Source: Lama guanicoe (taxonomy: Eukaryota). Taken from it: a stretch of DNA of 64,000 bases. The stretch covers positions 744,001-808,000 of the forward strand of contig MU054323.1 in the NCBI GenBank assembly GCA_013239625.1, read 5' to 3'. A program made the position numbers and the translations under genes. Shown in pieces: positions 38,706-50,200 of the stretch. The stretch's first letter is position 1; every line of letters begins with the position of its first letter. Under the pieces are notes generated by a model. It did not search any database. It had not been told where the DNA came from and saw only the letters and a program-made list of their open reading frames with translations.

Positions 38706-41019
38706 CTCCCTCCCCAGAATTCCCTGTCAAATAGGAGTTTGGGAAGCAGGGACTTCAGACGGAACTCCCCAAGTCTCCCCTCCTCTCTGATACCACTTGG
38801 AATAAAATGAAACCCGATCCCTTGGGTGAGCGCCGCTTCCCTCTGCTCACCCAACGAGCTGTGTTCACCGCATCCCGGGGTCTATCAGTGTGGACCGTAA
38901 TTACACACTTTCCCCTCATCTCTGCATATAAGGTCTTCTTGGGCAGGGCTGTTTTTCCACCTCGTTGTACTCCCAGCCCTCAGCACGGGGCCTGGGACAC
39001 AGTTAGCACTGGCAAAGAAATCCTTAACATTGCTCTGCCCGGTGGTTCCGAAGCATCGATCTATCCAAGGCAAACTGAGAAGCCAAGGCCTTGGGTGAGC
39101 CTGGCAAGAAGCTCAAGTTATGCATGCCTCTTTATGCCACAGTGGTTTTTATTTAGTTTTACAAAATCATAGTGATAACCACATCCAAAATCCCCAGTTT
39201 ATTTTGAAATTTTACCGGCTTAAGAAATTCCAAAGTCTAGGAGTTGCTAACCTGGTCAGTTATTCGCCCCGCCTAGGGGGCTGAGCCCCAGCACTCAGTG
39301 ACACTGGGTGTCCCCAGTGTCCCTAGCTGCATCTTGTGACACGCCTTACTTAGTCTAACCATACGTCTGACCTCCTCACTGCAACAGGGCTCTGAGATTT
39401 CCCCAGCAGTATGGGGCAAAGAAGTCTGGCTTTAGGAATGTTTCTGGTGACCGGATGCGATTTTAGGAAGGCTATTAGAACAAACTACCTTTCAGTCTGA
39501 TCCACAAGGTTCCCCGTTGGAGAAATCATGACAGCAGCCAGCGACTTCTAGAAGAGACTTGCAGGCTCCCCACACCAGCCCCCCAGAGCAAGCGACCCCT
39601 CTGGCTGTACCATCCAGGGAGCTGTCCAGGAGGAGAGCGTATATACAACCCTGATCCATCTGGTATTCACGCTCAGAGACATTTTCCCCTGGTAAGCACG
39701 GAAGCCCATGACACACAACACTCCGTGATGGTTTTGAATGATAAGCAAAATCAGTTAACCATCAACTTATTATATACCAGATACAAAATCGGTGGCTTTA
39801 AAAAAAATACTTCTCAACTAAGGCAAAGGTACATTTCTTAAATGATAGAAGCACCTGTTTTTTTTGGGGGGGGGTGCACCAGTGGAATGAAGTAGCTCAG
39901 CCTATAAATTCCAGGAGCCTGAATTTGCTAAACCAGGTTAGCGATGTCAGATGAGCCGGCAGGGCTGGAATTCCCTTCCCCAGCTGCCACTTCTGCAGTG
40001 AAGTCGTCAGGTTGTCTGTCCCACTGTCGACGGTGCTGCCAAGAACCCAACAGATGATTTCATTCCCAGATGAAGGAGGAAAACTAAAGTAGAGTGAGTC
40101 TATTAAGCACTTTCATCTGACAATAAAAATGAGTTAATGGCTAAAATGTGTTTTCAAAACGTTTTAACATTACAAGTAATGGCACTCAAATGGGAAAATG
40201 CCTTGAATTCTCATCCATCATTAATACCACGGTGTCCCTCAAAAGGGCTTGGCATTCCCGGTGGAATACAAGCTGCTAGAGTCGAGTTGGAAGGCAATCC
40301 ATGGGAATTCTCAAAAAAAAAAAAAACCCACCCCAAAACCGAGAGACCGTTATGGAGCCGAACAATTAAGTGCAGGTTTCAAATCATCCTTTCAGTATCC
40401 GAGTTCAGTTTTCCAAAATAGACTATTACCTCATCATTGCTAATTTCCCCATAAACATCAATATGACAGCAGCAAAAAGTCTCCAAGAAATGAGGGCAAA
40501 ATTAGATTCATTTTTAGGGAACCTCAGTCCATGTCCTCTACCTCCCGCCAATTTCCAGTACTGGTGAATATAAAATAATGTGCCTGGGGCTGAGTTCTGG
40601 ACTGGCCCGCCGTGGAGAAGTCATTAGTGAATTTGTCCCCTTCCACTTGTGAAATCAAGAACATGGGAACTCCGAGAAGCCACGGAACTTTGGGTTGAGT
40701 TCAGGCAGTCAGTGATTTAGATCGAACAGACTGTCAGTTCTCTCACACCACAAATCTCCTTTTTCCAGAATCGCTTCTTGGGTAATGAAACCAACAAGAG
40801 CCAGACCATCTTCTTCCGCGCGCAGGGCTGCAGAGGAGCATTGCTGTGTGGACTGTGGGTCGAGCCCTCTGCCTGAGATGCTGGAGGACCTCCTGGCTGC
40901 CCCCTCATCTCTGCTTCCTCCATTTCTAACCTTTAAATATCAGGCTCCAGTGGTCTTTCTTCACAATTTTTCTCGCCTTGCCAGGTGAGACCCTCTGGAC
41001 TCTGGTTTTCATCCATACA

Positions 41020-41480
41020 CAGATAACTTCTCAACCTCTAGCCCCCAAATGGACCTCTCTCTGCAACTCCAGGTCCATAAATCTAAGGGTATTTCCTGCC
41101 AGCAGAGCAATTTTGGGAGTATCTTAATATCCTTAAGTTCTTCACTCCCCCAGTGTCCTCCTCCTTCCTTGTTCAAAGGCATCATTAAATTATGAGCCCC
41201 AAACCTGAGTGTCACCTGAGCTTTCTCCATCTACTGCACCCCTTAAATCCACTCTCTCACCAAACTTTATCCAGGACTTTCCACCCCTTCCTCGGCCCCA
41301 CCTCTTCTCTAAGACTTTCTCCTGGCCGAAATCTCTCTTCATCGCCTCTGGTCACTGTCTTTCGATCTCTGTCGCGTCCCCCTAATCCAACACCAGATAC
41401 CCCGAGCACCTCGGGTCATGCACCAGACTCCGGGCACGTTATAGGAAATGTCACGTGTAGAATAAATGCTGGTGAATCAA
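41020..41480 (+). mobile_element. L2 remnant
   Basis: CTCTAGCCCC..ACCTCTCTCTGCAACTCCAG..CCCAAACCTGAGTGTCACC..AATAAATGCTGGTGAAT. Confidence 0.5.
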
Positions 41481-42579
41481 ACCTTTTTCATTAGCCTAAA
41501 ATAAAACAAGAAGAAGAGGAGGAAAGAAGAAGGCTTTGCCCCGACTCGGCCTGGCTTTCACTCCCCCAGCAGCTGCATTCACACACTGGTCTTGTGGTTC
41601 CTCTGCCTCCCTGGGTCGCTGTCAGGTGGTGAGATAGAGACCTCGCAGGTCAAGGCACAGGGAGGCACCGTGCCGGTGTAAGGAGTCCTTCTGAGAAGTG
41701 AAAGTCCCCCGGAGAATCTCACCCGCCCCAGTGCCAGGGACTGACTTGATTTGTAAAAGTCTGTTTTTTTCGGATGCTGGGTTTTCTTAAATCGGGACCC
41801 ACCTGTGCACGAAGGGTATCAAAGGAGGCTTTGGGATGGACGTGTCAAAGCACGAGAGGTACTACTTCCCAGACCAGATTTATTTGGGAGGGTGTTGGAT
41901 ATCAAAAAATTACAGAAGTACCGAAAAGACCCACATAAGCCATTTCACACACTGAAATCTTGAAGAATTTGAAGCCGAGGGAGGCCGGCATGGTCCATTA
42001 CATCTCAAGCATCAAAAGGGCCGAGAAACCTCCCCTGAAATTTCAGAGGCAGGAGTGGCTCTGCTTTTGTCTCCAGTTTCAAAGTGCGCGTCATTGCAAA
42101 CTGAAGTACTGTTTTAAAATAAAAACCCCGCCTTGACCTCCCAAGCAAGCGGTGATGACCATCACTGTAAGCGGGGACAGGGAAGGTGGGTGAGGTGGGC
42201 GTTTGCTAAGGGCCAGGAGGCGGGGCCCTTGTGGAGGGAGCTGTCTCCCAGTGGGATGTGGAGTCAGCTGGGTAGAAGGAAGGCTTGTTTTAGTGTAAAT
42301 GCTTCCCACGCTGGCTGTCAACTTAAAATGGGTGCAATTTTTTACATGGTATTCAGAACAGTAAAACCTGACCCGAAGCTCTCTTTCAAGTTTCAGCTCC
42401 TCTGAACGCTCTGTACTTGGGTCGCAGCAGAACACGGACAGGGCCAACAGCTCTGGATTTGTTTCTCGGTTTTTTTCTTTTTTCTTTTTTCTTTTTTGTT
42501 CCTGCTGCTGTGCCCTCCCCCATGCCTCTGCCTTTGGATGTCCTGTCTGTCTCTCAAGGCCCAAATCAAATAGCATTTC

Positions 42580-44097
42580 CTGGATCACAGGGTAAGTCCA
42601 TTTTTAGTTTTTTGAGGACCCTCCATACTGTCCTCCATGATGGCTGCACCAAACTACATTCCCACCAGCAGTGTAGGAGGGTTCCCTTTCCTCCACAGCT
42701 TCTCTAGTATTTGTCATTTGTGGATTTTTGAATGACGGCAAGTCTGACTGGTGTGAGGTGATACCTCACTGTAGTTTTGATTCGCATTTCTCTGATAATT
42801 AGCAGTACTGAGCATTTTTTAATGTGCCTATTGGCCATTTAAATGTCCTCATTGGAGAATTGCTTGTTTAGGTCTTCTGCCCATTTTTGCATTGGGTTGT
42901 TTGTTTGTTTTTTCTGTTTTGTTTCGTTATTAAGTTGTATGAACTGTTTATATATTCTGGTAATTAACCCTTTGCCAGTTGCATCATTTGCAAATATTCT
43001 CTCCCATTCCATAGGTTGTTATTTTGTTTTGCTTATGGTTTCCTTTGCTGTGCAAAAGCTTATGAGTTTAATTAAGTCCCATTTGTTAATTTTTGTTTTT
43101 ATTTCTCTTGCCTGGGTAGACTGCCCTAGGAGAACACTGCTAAGATGTATGTCGGAGAATGTTTTGCCTCTGTTTTCTTCTAGGAGGTTTATCTTACGTT
43201 TAAGTCTTTAAGCCATTTTGAGTTTATTTTTGTGTATGGTGTGAGGGAGTGTTCTGACTTCACTGATTTACACGCTGCTGTCCAGTTTTCCCAACACCAC
43301 CAAAAGACGAGACTGTCTTTTCTCCATTGTATATTCTTGCCTCCTTTGTTGAAGATTAATTGACCATAGGTGTGTGGGTTTATTTCTGGGCTCTCTATTC
43401 TGTTCCATTGATCTGAATATCTGGTATGATCAAGCAATCCCACTCCTGGGCATATATCTAGAGGGAACTCTAATTTGAAAAGATACATGCACCCCAGTGT
43501 TCATAGCAGCACTGTTTACATTAGCCAAGACATGGAGGCAAACTAAATGTCCACCAACTGATGACTGGATAAAGAAGTTGTGGTATATTTATATAGTGGA
43601 ATACTACTCAGCCATAAAAAAGAATAAAATAATGCCATTTGCAGCAACATGGATTGGACCTAAAGATCATCATTCTAAGTGAAGTAAGCCAGAAAGGAAA
43701 AGAAAAATATCATATATCACTCATATGTGGAATCTAAAAAAAAAGAAAAAAAGAGGACACTAATGAACTCATTTACATAAGAGAAACAGATTTACAGACA
43801 TAGTAAACAGTCTTATGGTTGCTGATGAAAGAGAGTGAGAAGGGATAAATTTGGGAGTTTGAGATTTGCAAATGTTAGCCTCTCTATATAAAAATAGATT
43901 TTAAAAAGAATTTCTTCTGTATAACACAGGGAACTATATTCAATATCTTGTAATGATTTTTAATGAGAAAGAATATGAAAATGAATATATGTGTATAACA
44001 CATGACTGGGACATTGTGCTGTACACCAGAAATTGACACATTGTAACTGACTGCACTTCAATTTAAAAAAAAAAGAAAAAAAGAGAGAGAAAAAACC
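42580..44097 (+). mobile_element. 5'-truncated, 5'-inverted LINE-1 (inverted ORF2 piece ~42580-43423; forward ORF2 end, 3' UTR and poly(A) ~43425-44097)
   Basis: L1 ORF2 peptides on both strands: [30 protein letters not shown] on minus, [30 protein letters not shown] on plus. 13-bp TSD CAAATAGCATTTC at 42567-42579 and 44098-44110. Confidence 0.93.
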
Positions 44098-44424
44098 CAA
44101 ATAGCATTTCTTCCCAGAAACCTCTTCCCTGACCCCCAGGCTGAATTGATAATCTCCCCTTCTTTGCCATGAATTCCTTTAAGGGCTATGTCTTCTTCAT
44201 TTTCAGGATGTTACCCATTGCAGCCAGTGCCCACTCCTCCCCACTCAAGTTCCAAGCACAGGTCCAGCCCACAGCCTCCTCATTTCTGTCCACTGAAATG
44301 GAATGGAAGTTTCGATCAGCAGTCACTGCGGAGCAATGACAGTAAGACTGTCAACTGCAAACAAGCTGAAGACAGGAAACGTCACTGAGAAGAGGAAGAG
44401 GTCGGAGAAAATAAACAAAGTAGA

Positions 44425-44600
44425 GATATTTTGGGGTGCCTGACTCTATTGTTTCATGATCCTAATAGATGGCTCTGAGAATCAGATGAAGACCAGCTTT
44501 CTTAGAAAAATGCACCCTTGCACAGACCCACATATTTTTGCACATAATTCCAGGAGGTCCAATACACACAGTGACGCCCAGGAATGGAAACCCCTCATTT
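44425..44600. mobile_element. Degenerate hAT-Charlie-type MITE remnant
   Basis: TTTTGGGG..TGAGAATCAGATGAA..AGAAAAATGCAC..TTTTGCACATAATTCCAGG..GAAACCCCT. Subfamily not assignable by eye. Confidence 0.45.
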
Positions 44601-44949
44601 ATTTTAAAATCTCCAATTTCAGTGTATGGACAGCCAGGCAGAATGAGGGAGGTATTTCCAAGTGCATGGACCACAGACCACACCGAAAGGGAAAAGGAAA
44701 CAGCACGGGCTGGAGACCTTGGGCAAGTCTTTGCTCTTCTGAATTTGAATTTTCCTCCTCTGTAGAATGCAAACCATATTTCCTTGGCAGGGTCGTCATT
44801 GGGTAAATAAGATAATGCAGGTAAATCACCCGGTGTGGAATCTGGTATGCAGCCTCCGGTTACAAGCTCGTTTTCTGCACCTCCTGTCTTGCATATAAAG
44901 AATTGCAACCACAAAGCAAACAAGTCATTTCCCTTTCAGCAATAAATTC

Positions 44950-45500
44950 AGCACGGCTGCTTTGGAGCCAGGAAAGAAAGCGACTCAGACCACACCGGCT
45001 CGGCGCAGAGGTGAAGCTGGTGCTGAACGGCTGCTGCGGGCTCGTTCGCGTGCCTATTAATCATACAACAGCCCACTTACGACAAACACAGGTCACTCCC
45101 TTTGCATGACAAGGCCTATGGGTCCACAGAGGCCCATTATCCAAAAAAAAAAAAAAAAACAAAAAAAAACCAGAGCATTGTAGGCGACGCGGACGAAGCC
45201 GAGTGCACACACACAAGCGGACATTGTGAGGCTGTTTGCACAACCCCGCAGTGCTCCTCGAGGATTTCCTGCCAAGGAGACATTTCGATCTCAAGGAGGC
45301 GGCTGCAGACGTTTGCTCATGCAACATGGCTTCGGGCCGCGGGCTGGGAAAGTCGGGGACGCGGCGCCCTCTGCTGGCCATCCGCGGAACTTCAGGCGGG
45401 GACAGGCGGATGATAACGCGGGACGCTCTCAGCATCCGCTCCCTTCTCCCCTTTCCTTTCCTAAGGAATGCAGAGCCACTGGCATGAGCTTCGGGGTCTG
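44950..45500. promoter_or_regulatory. Small intronic CpG-dense patch (candidate regulatory element)
   Basis: About 26 CpG counted by hand in 45181-45440, far above most of the window. Confidence 0.5.
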
Positions 45501-45999
45501 GAAAGCCTAGTTCCCATCTCATCTGTAACATGTATTAGTTGCAGGTCAATGTCACCCCTCAGATCTTACTTTCCTAGGTGGAGTCCACAGCTCCCATTTG
45601 AGTGTGGCAAGGACCAAAGGACATGACACACGGGGCAGGGAGCCCTGTGGAATAAACACCTGTACTCCCCTTCTCCACCTGCCTCCAGCAGGGTGGACAT
45701 CGTCGTCTGGCCTCTGGGACTAGGAAAGGAAATCAACAAGCACCTATTGGTAGGTTTCGGCTTAAACTACAGCCAGTGTTTAGAGCAGATGTGTGACCTC
45801 CTGATGTCTCTCTAACTCTTTTCCAAACTCCTCTCCCTTGCTTTACAGTGTGCGTTCTGTGTTGGCGAGGGCAGCCTTGACACCCACTATTTCACCCCGC
45901 ATCTGAAATGCCCCGCCTTCAGGACAGGCTCCACTGAAGGTTGGGGGGGGTTAGCTGGCAGAAATTCTCCGCTAAGTTGTCCTTCGCAGGGATAAAAGA

Positions 46000-46205
46000 C
46001 AGACCACTCTTGGGTTTGAATCCCAGCTCAGCCATTTATTAGCTGGGTGGTCTTAATCAATGCACTGAACAACATTTACTTAACCTCACAGAGTCTGAGT
46101 TTTAACGTGAGTAAAACCAAAATGATTTCAACCTCTGCAAGGTTTTAGAAATAGTAACACAACACTTGTAAGCAGTGGGACACATAAATCCCGTAATCAC
46201 TATTA
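46000..46205 (+). mobile_element. MIR fragment
   Basis: TGGGTTTGAATCCCAGCTCAGCCATTTATTAGCTGGGTGGTC..TTACTTAACCTC. Confidence 0.7.
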
Positions 46206-46269
46206 CCATTGTTATTTTTATTGTTCCGACTTCTGGTGTTAGTTCTGTCCCCCGGCCAGGAAGAAGAGT

Positions 46270-47292
46270 TCCTCTTTCCGACACAACTGTTAACCCCTGT
46301 GAGGGCTTTAAATACCATCTCAGAGGACGGATGCTGACGACTTCCACGTGTATAACTGTCACCCTGACCCTCTCGCTTGAACTCCAGACTCGTTTATCCC
46401 ATTGACTGCCTGACTTCCAACAGATGCCTCGAACTTAACACATCCAAAATTAAAGTGTTGCTTTCTCCCCTAGACATCTGCCCCTTCTCCAGTCTTTCTT
46501 CTCTCAATAAATGGCAAAACCCATGTTTCCAGACACTCAGTCTAAAAATGTCAGTGGCATCCTTGGCTTCTCTTTTTCCTCACATCCTATGTCTAAGCTA
46601 AAAACTCCTATCAGCTCCCCTCTTTAAGATATAGCTTGAATTTGCTCATTTCTCACAGCCTCCGCCATCAAAGCCGTAGACCCAACGCACAAGCCATCGC
46701 CAACTCTTGCGAAGTGAGTATCGAACTCACTTCCTGAACAGATCTCCCAGCTCTGCTCTTGCCCCCTTCCAGCTGCTCAGTTGGTGACCCCTCCAGCAGC
46801 TCTCATGAGGTTTTGAAAGTTTCAACATGTCATTCCTCTGATTCAGTCTCTTCAATGGCTTCTGTTTCACTTAGAGTAAAATACAAGATTCTTAGCACAG
46901 TCAGCAAGGCCCTGGGTCACGTCACCCAAGGCAGTTCATCTCCCCCTCCTCCCCTTCCTCCGTTGGGCTACCCACTGGCTCTGGCCTCTGCCCTTTTTCA
47001 TTCTTGAACTTATCACCTGTGTTTCTGCCACAGGACCTTTGCTGGACCTTCTGCTTAGAATGTTGTCCCCAATATATCTGCCTGGTTTTTCTTTAGGCCT
47101 CTGTTCAGGGTTTACTTTTCAGTGGAGCCCAACCTAACCACCCTCTCCAAAATCATACTTCGCCCCACTCCCCAGTCTCTGTCTTTATATTTCTTTTTCT
47201 TCTCCATCGTCATTGATGGATACACCCCCAACTGCTAGTCGCAGCCCTGGCACACAGCAGGAACTCCATTCACACAGGTGGAATGAATGAAG
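46270..47292 (+). mobile_element. L2 (LINE-2) 3' fragment
   Basis: CTTTAAATACCATCT..GCTGACGACTTCC..GAACTCCAGACTCG..CTCAATAAATGGCA..CACTTAGAGTAAAAT..CCTGGCACACAGCAGG..GAATGAATGAA end. Confidence 0.8.
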
Positions 47293-50200
47293 CTATTCCT
47301 TCATGAACACAATTCCCAAGATGCCTTGGGACTTCCCTTCCAACAAAACATACGTTTCTTCCTCCAGATTCACAGGAGGAGAGGCTCTCAGGCCGTCTGT
47401 CCTCTTGGTCTGACACCACTCTTGTCTGTATAAGAATAGGGAAGAAGTTGTCATTCTAGGGGATGGGGGGGTGTATGGTCAGTGAGCATGGTTCTTAAGA
47501 GGAACACCATGAACTTAGAAAGCAGAAACTGTGTTTTGGGGGAAGCAGAGGGAGAGAAGGTTGGGAGAATCAGCTGGGGACTTTGAATCCACAAAGCAGG
47601 ACCAGGGACACTGCAGGGCAGAAATGCCACTTGGTGCCTTGGTTGGGTCAGACAGTTACTGTGTGATCCTGGGCCTGAAGGACACAGAAGCTCCCAGTGA
47701 CTGCAAGTTCTCTGCAAGGCCACCGAGTGCCCAGGGAGGCACAGCTCTTGTCCTAATCTCATTTCAGCCCCGTATTTGCTACACAGCTTGGGAGAAGGCC
47801 ATTCCCCCGCTCTGGGCCCCCTCCTGTCCTCCGCCACCCGCCAGGACCGGCTAGATGACCTGGGAAATGCCTCCCCATTTCAGCATCCTGAGGTTTCATG
47901 CCATGGGAATGTTCAACAGTTTCCCAAAATGTATTCAGCCCACCTAATGCCGAATGCTTAGGAAACAGAACTGCGTGCACTCCCGGAGAGCATACCTGGT
48001 CGTGGTCCCTGCAGCCCTTTGGAGTTCAAGCTATTTGGGAAGGACGGTGGTGACAGGTTCCCAGCACTTTCGCGTGCACCACACTATTTCAAAACTGGCC
48101 ACAGCTGCAATCAGGAAATGCTTACAGAGTTTACCTCTGTGAAAAAGCAGTAAGTCAGAAATCAGGCAGACCATTTAAACCACTAACGAGAAATTGTCCT
48201 CAAGCCCTTGTGCATTTTTGAAGCATCGACTATCACGAAATGCACAGACATGCTAACTAATGTTCACATGCTTGGTAAAGAGGGCCCCACAGTACTTATA
48301 TTACAACGGCAGTAATAGTAAAACTGGAAGATAAGGCACTAGAGGTCGGGAATGATTTGCTAACACCAAAGCTATGCCCACTGGCTTTCAAAAAAATTCC
48401 AAGAGATGATGAAATGATGCTGTTAATTCTCAAGGCTTTGCAAGTCTACTTACTTTGCCCAGGAAATGGCAACCATGGGTTGGAATAAGTAACAAATTCT
48501 TTTCAACGTTTCTAGAAATCACCAGTACAACTGAAGATGCTGCTCAGTTGATAAAATGCTATTGGCCCTGCCAGCTGATCTGTCCACCCACATGTCACGT
48601 CACACTGGATTCGATTCAGCTGATCTCCATCTCCACCCACACCCCACAGCCCTCCCTCCCCTGCCACTAGCTCCCAAGTTAGAACTGACCTCTTCCTTCC
48701 TACGGCCTCAGTATATACACCCTGCATATCCTGTATATATTTCTGTCAAAAACATGACATGCATACGTGTCTGCGGAGGGCCCTCACTGCTGAGGTCACA
48801 CTCAGTGTGGTTGATGGAGCTGATAGAGCTTGCAGCCTGCGATCTTCAGTGACCTTGAGATCTGTTGACAGATCCCAGTCTTCTGGTTAGGATGAAGTGA
48901 CTGGCCCAGTTTTCCTAGGTAACTTTTAAACCTGCCATGAAGGTAGTTCCTGTCAGGCAGACTTACCTCCCCCACCAGCCTGGGGCCCGAGGTGCAGCCT
49001 GCCCAGTGCTGGGGGGATCCCCAGCCCTCCGCACCTCTCCTGGCAGCCCCCCGAGCCCTCCCCCAGCACCTCTCTACACTCCTGTCACCCTGCTTACCTG
49101 GGTCTGCCTCTCCCCTGGAAAGTGAACACCCCAGCATGGGGACTGGGACTGACTTACGTGTGAATCCAAAACAGTTTGCTCAGGAAATACACGTTTCTGA
49201 ATAAATGACTGAGTGGACAAGAGATGGTGTGGATGCCAAAATCTGGGCCCAGGGACCTCTCGTCAGAGTGCCAGCCATAAACTCAGAGAGAGGGAAAGAG
49301 GGAGGGAAGGGGGAAAGGTGAGCGGGAGAGGAGAAACTCGAGAGAGGGAAGGAGGAATGAAAGGAAGGAAGAAAGGAGGAGAGAGGGAAGCAAAATTGTT
49401 CCCCCACGTTCACACCTAGTTTGAAAGAGATGCAACCGGCCTCAGGCACGTAAAGAAACAGACTCACGGGACGTCATGCTATGCTGCGCAATTGAAAGAA
49501 AGAAAACCTGAGTCATCAGAAAAGCAAACTCGGGCCTCAGTGACGCACAAATTAACTTCTCCTAGGAGCAGGAGGAGACGGCCAGAGACTCGCTTTCGCA
49601 CAGGGAGGCCTGTGGCGCCATCTCACGTCCAGGGGCAGAGCTGGGAGAAGACCAATGTCAGGGACAGGCGGGGCCACGGAACAGCATCTCCTCCCCAAGG
49701 CGGGGTGGAATCGCATCGTGCGGACGCTGTGCTTTTAAATCAAAACTTCTGCACGGCGAGAACGTGCGTTTTCTGAAGTGGTGTCGCCTCGTCTCGCCTC
49801 GGGGCAGGTGGGCGGCAGGGAGAGTCCTGTCCCCGGGGAGGCCTGGCCCAAGACTCTTGGGTCATCTTTCCTAACATGTATCGTAGCCGACCCGGAGGGC
49901 CCTGAAGCTGAAATCTGAAAGACTCCAAAAATGACTTCGCTCCGTCCCCTGCTTCCCGAATCCTCATTCTCAGACGATCAGGGAAGTAGCAGCTGCTGAT
50001 GGGGTGTCAACCCCGCACACAGTGCCGTTTCAAGTGCCGTCCACGAATGATCTCATTTAAAGCCCATCCCATAATAACCCTCCAAAGGAGATGAGCTGTT
50101 TGGCTTTACGAGTTACTGAAGTGATGCACTTCTGCTAAAACACTGTTTCTTCGGGCAAATGTACCAGCTTGCAGTTACGTACTTTCTCCTCTAAGAGGCG

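Noticed and set aside
42843..43682. ORFs 42843..43211(+), 43189..43488(-) and 43497..43682(+)
   Set aside because: Fragments or antisense reads of L1 ORF2 within the inverted L1, not genes.
44947..45027. REST/NRSE half-sites (TTCAGCAC and GGTGCTGAA)
   Set aside because: Neither is followed by the GGACAG right half, so a full RE1 is not supported.
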